This document shows, in pieces, positions 9,351 through 17,708 of a DNA stretch of 50,462 nucleotides; within the stretch, counting starts at the first letter, position 1, and each line of letters starts with the position of its first letter. This DNA comes from an uncultured Anaerolineaceae bacterium (GTDB taxonomy: Bacteria > Chloroflexota > Anaerolineae > JAAYZQ01). Under the pieces are notes generated by a model, which saw nothing but the letters and a program-made list of their open reading frames with translations, searched no databases and had not been told where the DNA came from. Position numbers and translations under genes: made by a program. The stretch covers positions 1 through 50,462 of the forward strand of contig CAZNQW010000004.1 of the NCBI GenBank assembly GCA_964575225.1, given 5' to 3'.

Positions 9351-9504
9351 TAGGGCTGTTGCAAAGTCGGCCAGTCAATCTAGTTTGGAGCTCGCCGCCC
9401 CCGTCTCGGGGGCGGCCTGCACACCTGGCAGACCACCGCGCCCCGAGGACGGGGCGCGGAGCCCAACCAAATCACATCGGTCAAGAGACAATGCAACAGC
9501 CCTG
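9351..9504. mobile_element. 154-bp MITE-like element, copy 1 (10-bp TSD cgcgtcgatc at 9341-9350 and 9505-9514)
   Basis: It is 153/154 identical to the reverse complement of 32415-32568. The terminal inverted repeats are tagggctgttgca and tgcaacagccctg. Internal GC hairpins lie at 9394-9416 and 9436-9459. The flanking 10-bp direct repeat is perfect. Confidence 0.85.
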
Positions 9505-9778
9505 CGCGTCGATCTAGGGCGTGCCAGGTTGGACATTCAATCCGATCGGGCCAAGGCTCAATCAGGGGCAGGCCGGCCCGTCTCGAATAGGCCGTCAACA
9601 TGAGCACCGGTACATCGGACTACTTGCGGAGCGGGGACAGCATCTCCCAACCGTTCATACCCGGCGGCAATCGGGCGCCCAGGTTGACGCCCTTGGCATG
9701 GGAAACAACCCCTTGACACTCGCCGCCCCCGTCCTCCGGGACACTCCCCACCCCTTACAGCCAGACCCAGGATCCAAT

Positions 9779-9807
9779 TTGGCGTTGGAGGGCACCTGTG
9801 ATATAAT
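9779..9807 (+). promoter_or_regulatory. Sigma-70-type promoter of rplS (TTGGCG-17-TATAAT)
   Basis: -35 at 9779-9784 and -10 at 9802-9807, preceded by tgtga. It lies about 33 nt upstream of the ATG at 9840. Confidence 0.5.
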
Positions 9808-9839
9808 ACGCGCTCGTGAATTGGAATGAGGATGGGGAC

Positions 9840-10223
9840 ATGAGCAGCGACCTATTACGATCAGTAGAAGAACAGCAACAAAAAGACGACATCGGACTGG
9901 CCTCCGATCTGCCCAACTTGCGGGTGGGCGACGATGTAGAGGTTCACTTTCGCATCATCGAAGGGGACCGAGAGCGTATTCAGTTGGTGCGCGGCACCAT
10001 CATGCGCATCCGCAAGGGAGCCGGAGCGAACGCCAACTTTACCGTGCGGCGCATCGCTGCCCACGGCGTGGGGGTAGAGCGCACCTTCCCCCTCCACTCG
10101 CCGCGCATCGAAAAGATCGAAGTACGACGCCATGCCCACGTGCGCCGATCCAAGCTCTATTTCCTGCGCGGGCGGCAGGGCAAAGCGACCCGCCTGACAG
10201 AAAAGCGCTACCGGCAAAGCTAG
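9840..10223 (+). CDS. rplS: 50S ribosomal protein L19
   Basis: The sequence [69 protein letters not shown] matches L19. A GAGGA Shine-Dalgarno sits 7 nt before the ATG at 9840. The ORF-track GTG at 9816 is less likely. Confidence 0.9.
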   Translation: MSSDLLRSVEEQQQKDDIGLASDLPNLRVGDDVEVHFRIIEGDRERIQLVRGTIMRIRKGAGANANFTVRRIAAHGVGVERTFPLHSPRIEKIEVRRHAHVRRSKLYFLRGRQGKATRLTEKRYRQS

Positions 10224-10250
10224 CTCGCCGGGTGTACTGCCGAACCGAGG

Positions 10251-10297
10251 GGCGTGGGATAGAAAGAGAGATCTCTATCCCACGGCCCTTTTTGTGT
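10251..10297 (+). terminator. Rho-independent terminator after rplS
   Basis: An 11-bp stem pairs cgtgggataga with tctatcccacg (10253-10263 and 10274-10284). It is followed by gccctttttgtgttt. Confidence 0.7.
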
Positions 10298-10371
10298 TTG
10301 CGAATCGCCGGCCCCATCCCATCTCCTCCATCGGCAGAAAAAGGTCGCCGAAAACCCAGACCTGAGGCGCA

Positions 10372-11025
10372 ATGAAGGACAAGAATCCCACCCCTAGCCT
10401 GGAGCACGAAACACGCCTGTGGGCCACAGGCTATCGCTCCGTGGCAGGCCTCGATGAGGCCGGCCGAGGTGCCTGGGCCGGGCCGGTCGTTGCCGCTGCT
10501 GTGATCCTTCCCCCTGATGTGCCCGATCTGCTTCAACTCCTGTCCGGCGTCCGCGATTCCAAGATACTCAGCCCCAGGCAACGGCGAGTGCTGCTGGACG
10601 TAATCCGTCGACATGCCGTAGCCATGGGCGTGGGCGCCGTATCGTCTGCCGAAATCGACCGAATTGGCATCGTGCCCGCCACCCGCGCCGCCATGGCCCT
10701 GGCCTTGCAACACCTCAGTTGTCCGGCCGATTATCTCCTGATCGATCACCTTCCTCTTACCAACATAGGCCTTCCTCAACACAGCCTGCCCAAAGGCGAC
10801 GCCATCGTCCTTTCGATTGCCTGCGCCTCGATCGTCGCCAAGGTCACACGCGACCAAATGATGATCGACTTCGAGACCCACTTTCCCGGCTACGGATTCG
10901 CCCGGCACAAGGGCTATGGCACGGCCCAACACCGAGCGGCGTTGGAAACTCTGGGACCGTGCCCCATCCACCGGATGTCCTTCTCCCCCCTACGCCAACC
11001 GCCCGATGCCCGCGATCAGGGCTGA
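10372..11025 (+). CDS. rnhB: Ribonuclease HII
   Basis: GLDEAGRGAWAGPVVAAAV (the DEAGRG motif) plus SIVAKVTRD and HRKGYG-like HKGYGT. Confidence 0.9.
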   Translation: MKDKNPTPSLEHETRLWATGYRSVAGLDEAGRGAWAGPVVAAAVILPPDVPDLLQLLSGVRDSKILSPRQRRVLLDVIRRHAVAMGVGAVSSAEIDRIGIVPATRAAMALALQHLSCPADYLLIDHLPLTNIGLPQHSLPKGDAIVLSIACASIVAKVTRDQMMIDFETHFPGYGFARHKGYGTAQHRAALETLGPCPIHRMSFSPLRQPPDARDQG

Positions 11026-11076
11026 GCCACACGGCGGAGTATCGTGCGCACGGAGGGCAAACGGGCGCGCGGATCG

Positions 11077-11976
11077 CTAATTGGAAAACCGCGTGCGGGC
11101 AAACTGCAAGAACCGGGCCACCACCGGATCGGCAATCCGCTCCGGGAGATAGACCAGATGGAGATCTCGGGACAGATTCACCCCCTGCAAGTGGACACAG
11201 CCCAACCTCCCCACTTCCTGCATGGGGGCTGCCGCCATGGCCGAAACAAAACCCAGGCCCAAGCCCTGAGAAACCGCCTGCAGAAGGGACTGGGTGCTGC
11301 CCAAAACCAGCACCACCTGCTCGCGCGGGAGCTGAAACCCGGCAGTGTGCAGCGCAGCCTCTACGCTGCGTTGCGTGCCCGAACCCTCTTCGCGCAGGAT
11401 CAGGGGTTGCCCCTGCACCTCGTCCCAAGTCACTGATTCCCGTCCGACGAAAAGATGATCGGGTGGAACGGCCAGTACCACTTCGTCGCGGAGAAGGCGC
11501 TCCAGGCGCAAGCCCGGCCGGCGTTCCGCAGATCCAATCACGCCCACATCCGCCTCATCGGCCAGCAACCGGCTGACCACATCGGCGCTATCCGAGATCG
11601 ACAGTTCCAACTCTACCTGAGGATATTCGGTCCGGAACGCAGCCAACAACCTGGGCAACACATACTCACCCGGGATCGTACTGGCTGCCAGGTACAGGGT
11701 CCCCTGATTGATCATTTTAAGCGCCGCCAGATCTTGCTCCAATGCCTCAAGTTGCTCGAGCATCTCTCGGGCAAAAGCCGTCACCTTTTGCCCTGCCGGC
11801 GTCATCTCCACCTCATGCTTGGGCCTCCGCACAAGCAGGGCGAGCCCCAGATCCGACTCCATACGTTGAATCTGCTTGGTGACAGCCGGCTGACTGATGC
11901 GCCGGGCCCGCGCCGCCGCCGAGAGACTTCCATGCTCGACCACACTCACCAACGTACGCAAATGCTCCAAATTCAT
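11077..11976 (-). CDS. LysR-family transcriptional regulator
   Basis: N-terminal wHTH LRTLVSVVEHGSLSAAARARRISQPAVTKQIQRME followed by a LysR substrate-binding domain. It is divergent from the cupin/activase pair. Confidence 0.9.
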   Translation of the reverse strand: MNLEHLRTLVSVVEHGSLSAAARARRISQPAVTKQIQRMESDLGLALLVRRPKHEVEMTPAGQKVTAFAREMLEQLEALEQDLAALKMINQGTLYLAASTIPGEYVLPRLLAAFRTEYPQVELELSISDSADVVSRLLADEADVGVIGSAERRPGLRLERLLRDEVVLAVPPDHLFVGRESVTWDEVQGQPLILREEGSGTQRSVEAALHTAGFQLPREQVVLVLGSTQSLLQAVSQGLGLGFVSAMAAAPMQEVGRLGCVHLQGVNLSRDLHLVYLPERIADPVVARFLQFARTRFSN

Positions 11977-12203
11977 CGGCCGGTCCTCGACTTTCGAATT
12001 GCCATGAAATTATACCATTCATAATCTTTGATTATTCATGAGCCATTATACACAAGGGACTATGCCGCGTCAAATTCCTGGGTCGCAAACGAAAGCCAGG
12101 GGACAAATCGATGCCCCAACAGAGGGCGGCCCCCGCGGCCCGTAACAACGTACCCGGGTCCCGATCCTTAAGGCGATGATCCTGATACCGAACTCGACCG
12201 GGC

Positions 12204-12231
12204 TTGCCCCGGATCGTTTTTCAAGTATAAT
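12204..12231 (+). promoter_or_regulatory. Candidate promoter of the cupin-activase unit (TTGCCC-16-TATAAT)
   Basis: -35 at 12204-12209 and -10 at 12226-12231. It lies downstream of the first ATG of the ORF-track ORF (12176), which argues for a later start codon. Confidence 0.4.
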
Positions 12232-12310
12232 AGGGGATAACCAGAACATGGACACCCGGGCGGCAGCAAGGGAGGCACATCTACTGGCCAATCAAGCAAG
12301 GGAGGAACGC

Positions 12311-12661
12311 ATGCGACTCAAGATCGAAGACGTCGAACGCCTCAAAAAGGCGGTCCGCAAAATGGCCGCAGGGCGTGTTCTATCGGGCGATGCCGCCGAC
12401 CCGTTCCTCGAACTGGCTCAAATGGACGGGTGCCAGGTTCGGATCGCGGCGGGATATGGCTCAAATTCCGAATCTGCGCCCCTGGCCCGCGAACGACTGA
12501 TTTGGATTCTGGACGGCTCGGTCGATATTCAAGACCCCTCTGGGCAGACCCTCACCGTCAGCCAGGGCCAGAGCACGCTCCTCCCCGCCGGTGTGCCGTT
12601 CCGGCTGGCGTTCCCCCACCTGACCCTCTATTTGACGGTGGAAGCCAAAGGAGACCACTGA
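12311..12661 (+). CDS. Small cupin-fold protein
   Basis: The C-terminal beta-rich pattern is IWILDGSVDIQDPSGQTLTVSQGQSTLLPAGVPFRLAF. A strong SD (aagggagga) sits 5 nt before the ATG at 12311. The maximal ORF starts at 12176, with an alternative at 12248. The stop TGA overlaps the next ATG (tgATG). Confidence 0.55.
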   Translation: MRLKIEDVERLKKAVRKMAAGRVLSGDAADPFLELAQMDGCQVRIAAGYGSNSESAPLARERLIWILDGSVDIQDPSGQTLTVSQGQSTLLPAGVPFRLAFPHLTLYLTVEAKGDH

Positions 12662-13425
12662 TGCTCGTCGCCGGTCTGGACATTGGCTCGCGGACCATTG
12701 CCCTGGTGGAATGGGATGGGCAAACCATCGTACGTTCTCAGATCGTCGATACCGGTACCAATCCCCTGCTGAACGCCCAGACGCTCATCCAGGATCGCCG
12801 GTACGATCGACTGATCTCTACAGGCTATGGTCGGCACCTGGCTGTCGAACGCGAAATTGCCGACCAGGTCATCTCCGAGATCAAGGCGTATGCATTGGGC
12901 GCTTACCACCTCTACCCCGATGTACGCACCGTGCTCGACATTGGGGGGCAGGATAGCAAAGCCATTGCCATCGGCCCGGGTGGGCGCGTGCTCCAATTTG
13001 AAATGAACGACCGTTGTGCGGCGGGAACAGGTCGCTTCTTGGAAAACATGGCCCATACCCTGGGCCTGACCGTGGATCAATTTGGGCCTCATGCACTGGC
13101 AGCCAAGGGCTTGCCGGTGCGAATCTCGAGCATGTGCACTGTGTTTGCCGAATCCGAGGTCGTATCCCTCATTGCTCGGGGCGAAGACAGCCACCGCGTC
13201 GCCATGGGGTTGCACCAGGCCATCGTTGACCGGGTGGGAGGCATGGTGCGCCGCGTGGGCGTGCAACCCCGGTTGGTCTTTGCCGGGGGCGTGGCTCAGA
13301 ACCCCTGCCTTCAAAAGCTGTTTGCCGAGGCGATGGGGGTCGCCCCCACCATACCCGATGAACCCCAGTTGGTGGGCGCCCTGGGCGCAGCCCTCGTGGC
13401 CTGGACTACTTTCCAGACTAGGTGA
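12661..13425 (+). CDS. BadF/BadG/BcrA/BcrD-type ATPase (acyl-CoA dehydratase / benzoyl-CoA reductase activase, HgdC-like)
   Basis: The protein starts MLVAGLDIGSRTIALV (ASKHA phosphate-1 motif). Cluster-ligand cysteines occur in NDRCAAGTGRF and SMCTVFAESEVVS. The C-terminal motif is FAGGVAQNPCL...GALGAAL. The 12430 start in the ORF track is an out-of-context extension. Confidence 0.85.
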   Translation: MLVAGLDIGSRTIALVEWDGQTIVRSQIVDTGTNPLLNAQTLIQDRRYDRLISTGYGRHLAVEREIADQVISEIKAYALGAYHLYPDVRTVLDIGGQDSKAIAIGPGGRVLQFEMNDRCAAGTGRFLENMAHTLGLTVDQFGPHALAAKGLPVRISSMCTVFAESEVVSLIARGEDSHRVAMGLHQAIVDRVGGMVRRVGVQPRLVFAGGVAQNPCLQKLFAEAMGVAPTIPDEPQLVGALGAALVAWTTFQTR

Positions 13426-13478
13426 CGGCGCCGCCTGCGGGTACGCTCCCATGTGCACCGGCCTAGGAGATCGAGCCT

Positions 13479-15200
13479 GTGAGTCAATTTCATGCCGCAA
13501 TGGACTTTCACAAAGCGCGCCGGCGCGCTTCCCGAGAGAGACTCCTGGCCCGCCTGACGGGCAAGTCGGCTCAACTTCTCGCCTTCGAAGAGGTTCGCCA
13601 GATGCTCAAGGCCAGGATTGGCCGCGATGTGGGCCTATGCGACATCCCCCTGGATGCCATTGTCGGCAGCGTCGGGCGTTACTCTGACTTTTCCCGAAGC
13701 TTTTTGCCGTTGCAGACCCAGAGCGAGGAACGCTGGGCCCGCGTCATGACCCGCGTCACCGAGATGGGTGGCCTGCCGCCGATCCAGGTCTACCAGATCG
13801 GAGAGGTCTATTTCGTGCTCGACGGCAACCACCGGGTATCGGTCGCTCGCCAACTGGAAGCATCCCACATCCAGGCCTATGTCACCCAAATCGAGAGTAA
13901 GGTCCCACTATCACCCACCATCCAGCCCGACGAATTGATCCTCAAGGCCGAGTACGCCGAGTTCCTGGAAAAGACCCGCCTGGACGCCATCTGTCCCAAC
14001 GCCGATTTGAGCGTGACCGCTCCCGGCCAATACCCCAAGTTCATGGAACATATCGAGGTGCACCGTTATTTCATGGGATTGGATCAACAGCAGTCGATTC
14101 CCTGGAATGAAGCAGCAAAACATTGGTACGAAACCGTCTATCTTCCGGTGATTCGCGTCATCCGCGAGCAAGACTTGCTGCACGACTTTCCGAGCCGAAC
14201 CGAGGCGGATTTGTACCTGTGGGCATCGGAACACCGCGCCGCTTTGGAGGCCTCGCTGGGATGGCACGTCGAAACCCCGGTCGCTGCGGCCGATCTAGCC
14301 GAAGAACGCAGCCCCACCCTCCGCCATCGAGTGGCCCGGCTGCTAAACAAGATCCATGACACACTGACGCCCGACGAACTGGACGGCGGGCCGCCACCCG
14401 GCGCCTGGCGCCGGGTGCGCCTGCCACTACACAATGGCGATCGCCTGTTCTCCGACATCCTGGTGTCTATCAGCGGCGAGGAGCATGCCTGGTCGGCCCT
14501 GGATCAGGCCCTGGAACTGGCCCACCGCGAGGGCGCTCGGGTCCTCGGATTGCATGTGGCGTCCTCAAAAGAGGCAAACGAACAGGCCACCCAGGCCATC
14601 GAGGCCTGCTTTCATGAACGGTGTCGGGCCCGGCAGGTGGCCGGCGAGTTCGCAGTCGCCGCAGGGCCCATCGCCCGCCGGATCTGTGAACGGGCCCGTT
14701 GGGCCGATCTGGTCGTCATCAGCCTGGCCCACCCACCCCAGCCCAGCCCCATCGCCAAGCTCAGTTCGGGGCTCCGCACCCTGATCCGGCGCTGCGAGAC
14801 GCCGATTTTGACGGTTCCGGGGAATGCATCTCCGATAGAGCGCCTGCTGCTCGCTTACGACGGCAGCCCCAAGGCCAAGGAGGCCCTGTACATCACCACC
14901 TACCTTGCTGCTCAAAGGGGGATACCGGTAGCGGTTGTGAGCGTGATGGACAGCGAGGAAGAGGCTCTCGCGCGCCTGGATGAGGCGCGCGCCTACTTGG
15001 CTGCCCACGATGTGGAGGTCACCACTCAGCGGGGAGACCCGCCGGCTGCCCAAGCCATACTCCAGGCCGCCCAAGCCACTGAGAGTGACCTAATACTCAT
15101 GGGCGGGTACGGCTACAGTCCGGTCCTTGAGGTCATTCTGGGCAGCGCCGTAGACAGAATACTGCGCGAGGGAACACAGCCGGTCCTCTTTTGCCGCTAG
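13479..15200 (+). CDS. Fusion protein: ParB/Srx-like N-terminal domain plus tandem universal stress protein (USP) domains
   Basis: The N-terminal region has IQVYQIGEVYFVLDGNHRVSVARQL, a DGxHR motif as in ParB/sulfiredoxin folds. The C-terminal half has two USP-like modules (ILVSISGEEHAW..VLGLHV and RLLLAYDGSPKAKEAL...LILMGGYGYSPVLEVILGSAVDRILRE). Confidence 0.6.
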   Translation: MSQFHAAMDFHKARRRASRERLLARLTGKSAQLLAFEEVRQMLKARIGRDVGLCDIPLDAIVGSVGRYSDFSRSFLPLQTQSEERWARVMTRVTEMGGLPPIQVYQIGEVYFVLDGNHRVSVARQLEASHIQAYVTQIESKVPLSPTIQPDELILKAEYAEFLEKTRLDAICPNADLSVTAPGQYPKFMEHIEVHRYFMGLDQQQSIPWNEAAKHWYETVYLPVIRVIREQDLLHDFPSRTEADLYLWASEHRAALEASLGWHVETPVAAADLAEERSPTLRHRVARLLNKIHDTLTPDELDGGPPPGAWRRVRLPLHNGDRLFSDILVSISGEEHAWSALDQALELAHREGARVLGLHVASSKEANEQATQAIEACFHERCRARQVAGEFAVAAGPIARRICERARWADLVVISLAHPPQPSPIAKLSSGLRTLIRRCETPILTVPGNASPIERLLLAYDGSPKAKEALYITTYLAAQRGIPVAVVSVMDSEEEALARLDEARAYLAAHDVEVTTQRGDPPAAQAILQAAQATESDLILMGGYGYSPVLEVILGSAVDRILREGTQPVLFCR

Positions 15201-15284
15201 AGCCTGTCGTCCACCGAACCTTCGGGAAGGTCACAACAGGCTCTAGCGCTCGCAGAGGTCAAGCATTTTTCGACGACAGATTAT

Positions 15285-16139
15285 CTAGCCCCGTGCCGGT
15301 CCGTTGAAAACCTCGATGTCGACACTGATCTCAGTGTCCCGGCGCAGTCGCCGGGCCAGCGTCGCCTTGATGCTCCAAGTCGTCGTGCTGTGCCCGGTGC
15401 TCCGCGTCGGCTGGCCCTCTGTGGGTATCGGCAGGACAAAGGGGTACTCGGCTGGATGAGCGGGCCAAAAGTCGACCTTTTCGGCCAGTTTCTCCTTGCC
15501 TTCGTGGCGAATGTGGGTATTGCCGTTTGCCCGGGGGACATCCTCGGTGAGAAGCAACTCCACGCGCACCTCGCTGGCGCTGAAGGTGGCCAGTGGCTGC
15601 ACTAGCACCTTGCCTTCCAGTTTCTCACCCTCGATCCATTCGAGCCTGGGCAGCCACAGCCGCAAGTCAACCTCTTCGGATTGCTCCTGACCATACTCGC
15701 CCGGTTCAGTTTTCTGGCCCGGTGGAGGAACGATCAGAGGAACCTCGATCTCTGCCTCGGGATCGAGCGCCTTAGGAGAGTCGAATGTAGCCTTGACCAG
15801 CAGACGATTCTTGGTGATTTTTCCGGCAAAGGGCGCGACGATGTTATCTGGGATCTGAAAAGTAGCCGGATAGCGGTGTGACCCCACCGGGAGGGTGCCT
15901 TCCTTCTCCAGGTTCACCGTGTCCAAGACCGACTCTTCCGTCTCCTTGTGGGTGTAGGTATGTCCCTTGGCTCCGGTGCGTTTGTACTCGTACTCTTCCT
16001 GAAGGATCAGGTAGGCGCTTGCCCCGCGCACCGGCAGCTCCTTCTCTGCCTGCAAGGTAATGGTGGCTTGAACGGTATCGCCGGCATAGTAAGGGCCTGT
16101 CGGCCGGCCCAACTCGATCTGGACGTTTGTTTTTGCCAT
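15285..16139 (-). CDS. Arrestin-fold / Spo0M-like two-lobed beta-sandwich protein
   Basis: 284 aa with two similar halves. Each starts with a stretch like YYAGDTVQATITLQAEKELPVRG or WIEGEKLEGKVLVQPLATFSASEVRVEL. There is no signal peptide or TM segment. Confidence 0.45.
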   Translation of the reverse strand: MAKTNVQIELGRPTGPYYAGDTVQATITLQAEKELPVRGASAYLILQEEYEYKRTGAKGHTYTHKETEESVLDTVNLEKEGTLPVGSHRYPATFQIPDNIVAPFAGKITKNRLLVKATFDSPKALDPEAEIEVPLIVPPPGQKTEPGEYGQEQSEEVDLRLWLPRLEWIEGEKLEGKVLVQPLATFSASEVRVELLLTEDVPRANGNTHIRHEGKEKLAEKVDFWPAHPAEYPFVLPIPTEGQPTRSTGHSTTTWSIKATLARRLRRDTEISVDIEVFNGPARG

Positions 16140-16232
16140 AGATCCTCCTCTTCAGCACTCGAAAGGGTTCAAAGTTTGATCCATTCTTTCGTAGAAAATG
16201 GCTATTGGGGGAGCCCAAATCGATTCAAGTCG

Positions 16233-17000
16233 TTACTCGCCCTCCAGGAAGCAGACGATTCCCCGGGCCACACCCAGCGCCACGTCGTAGCTTCGCTCCG
16301 TAAGGAGATCCCGGTCGGCCCCCATAAAGCCCAGTTCGACGATCGCCGCCGGTGTCTGCGGATCGATCTCGTTAAAGGCATGGTAGGCCGTCATATCGTA
16401 GGTAATGCTGTTGCGATGGTATGGCAATCCCGTGGTCTGGGCATACTGATCGATCAGGCAGGCCACCAGGCGATCCTCTTCTTCTGGAATCGCGCTGCCC
16501 AACACCCGAGCCACCTTGAATCCCGAAGCATCGGGTACGTTGCAGGCATCGGTGTGGATCGAGACAAAAGCCGCCGCCTGGTAACCCGCCAATCGGTCGG
16601 AAAACTCGGGCAACAGCTCGGCGGCATACCCCTCATACTGCAGGATCGCCACCACTCGCGCCGCAATATCCAAATTGATCGTGACCTCTTGCAGACCGTC
16701 GTCGCAGACGGCGCCCGAATCGCTCTGCCAATGCCCCGCTACGACCCCGACCTTGATCTGTGGCAATGCAGGATCGGCTTCCAAAACCGAAGCAGGCGTT
16801 GCAGTCTCGGTTGGGTTGACAGTCGCCGGCACCACCTGGGCAGCCGTCGGTTCCCAACGGGTAAGCGTCGGCACAGGGGCCGTCACCTGCCCGCCGGGGG
16901 CGCCGCGCGCCAACCAAACGGCATACAGAATGCCGGCCATCACGACCATTGCCATCACGCCCAGCCCGCATCCGGGGCTGCGTCGTACGCGCTGTTCCAA
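16233..17000 (-). CDS. N-acetylmuramoyl-L-alanine amidase (Amidase_3) with N-terminal membrane anchor
   Basis: The TM anchor is GVMAMVVMAGILYAVWLA. The catalytic pattern is VVAGHWQSDSGA...EVTINLDIA...FVSIHTDA...AIVELGFM. Confidence 0.8.
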   Translation of the reverse strand: MEQRVRRSPGCGLGVMAMVVMAGILYAVWLARGAPGGQVTAPVPTLTRWEPTAAQVVPATVNPTETATPASVLEADPALPQIKVGVVAGHWQSDSGAVCDDGLQEVTINLDIAARVVAILQYEGYAAELLPEFSDRLAGYQAAAFVSIHTDACNVPDASGFKVARVLGSAIPEEEDRLVACLIDQYAQTTGLPYHRNSITYDMTAYHAFNEIDPQTPAAIVELGFMGADRDLLTERSYDVALGVARGIVCFLEGE

Positions 17001-17084
17001 CGGCTCCTCGTTCCACCCAATTTCAAAGCGATCATACCCCCAAGTGCCAATTTAGTCAAACTTGTGCGGATACGCAATGGCCAA

Positions 17085-17113
17085 TTGCCTGCCGACCTTG
17101 GCTGTGTTATAAT
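17085..17113 (+). promoter_or_regulatory. Candidate promoter (TTGCCT-17-TGtTATAAT) for the 17214 gene and holA
   Basis: -35 at 17085-17090 and an extended -10 at 17105-17113. Confidence 0.45.
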
Positions 17114-17213
17114 GCCACAAGCATCATCGGTCTCATCCTACACAGGGCACCGGAAAAACAGGTTCCCATACGCTGCACCACATCGGCGCACGGGACCATG
17201 TAAAGGACACACC

Positions 17214-17708
17214 ATGAACCTTGCGAATCTAGCCCGTAACTTGCGGCAGAACCATGCACTGGAACACGCTACAATCCATATCCTGGGCCGACAATTCCCT
17301 CACGCCCAATTAATGGGTCGCAGCACCGTCTCAGGATTCTACATCTATGGCCATCTGGCTACCCAACCACTCGCCGCCGCGGTAAGTGAGGCCCTCATCC
17401 GGCTGCAACACGGGGAAGCGCACCTCGCCGTCCATCCCCGTTGCGGCACCAATCTGGCGGTCACGGGCATTTTGGCCGGCACGGCCGCCTTTGGCACCAC
17501 CTTGGGAAAGCCCCACTCCAAACTCGAACGCCTGCCCTTGGCCATCACCGCTGCCACGCTGGCAGCCATCGTGGCCCAACCCCTGGCCCTCAGGGTCCAG
17601 GAGCAGATCACCACCACACCCGACGTGGACGACGTCCAGATCTCCACCATCGAGCGCCAGGAGCGGGGGGGCGTCACAATTCACCACGTAGTGTTGGGAC
17701 GGGGGTAG
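17214..17708 (+). CDS. Conserved hypothetical protein (His/Cys motifs ALEHATIH ... HPRCGTN, C-terminal hydrophobic segments)
   Basis: 164 aa. Only this C-terminal part of the 586-aa ORF-track ORF (15948-17708) looks coding. Its stop TAG directly abuts the GTG start of holA. Confidence 0.6.
   Translation: MNLANLARNLRQNHALEHATIHILGRQFPHAQLMGRSTVSGFYIYGHLATQPLAAAVSEALIRLQHGEAHLAVHPRCGTNLAVTGILAGTAAFGTTLGKPHSKLERLPLAITAATLAAIVAQPLALRVQEQITTTPDVDDVQISTIERQERGGVTIHHVVLGRG

Noticed and set aside
9385-9603. ORF-track peptides beginning MELAAPVSGAACTPGRPPRPEDGARSPTKSHRSRDNATAL occur twice, at 9385-9603 (+) and 32304-32534 (-).
   Set aside because: The shared 40 residues are simply the translated MITE. 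The sequences diverge exactly at the element boundary and are P/R/G-rich, so they are not genes.
9719-9733. A 15-nt exact match (ctcgccgcccccgtc) to the MITE core at 9391-9405 lies about 215 bp downstream of copy 1.
   Set aside because: The match is too short and GC-rich to call a degenerate third copy. No TIR or TSD surrounds it. It could still be a relic.
9515-9778. A ~260-bp non-coding stretch lies upstream of the rplS promoter and could be a ribosomal-protein leader or an sRNA.
   Set aside because: The predicted rplS promoter lies downstream of it, leaving only a ~30-nt leader. I found no stable conserved-looking structure or promoter for an independent transcript.
12430-12660. An N-terminal extension of the activase ORF, with a start at 12430.
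   Set aside because: The extension overlaps the cupin gene in another frame and is R/P/G-rich. The canonical MLVAGLDIGS start at 12661 is coupled to the cupin stop (TGATG).
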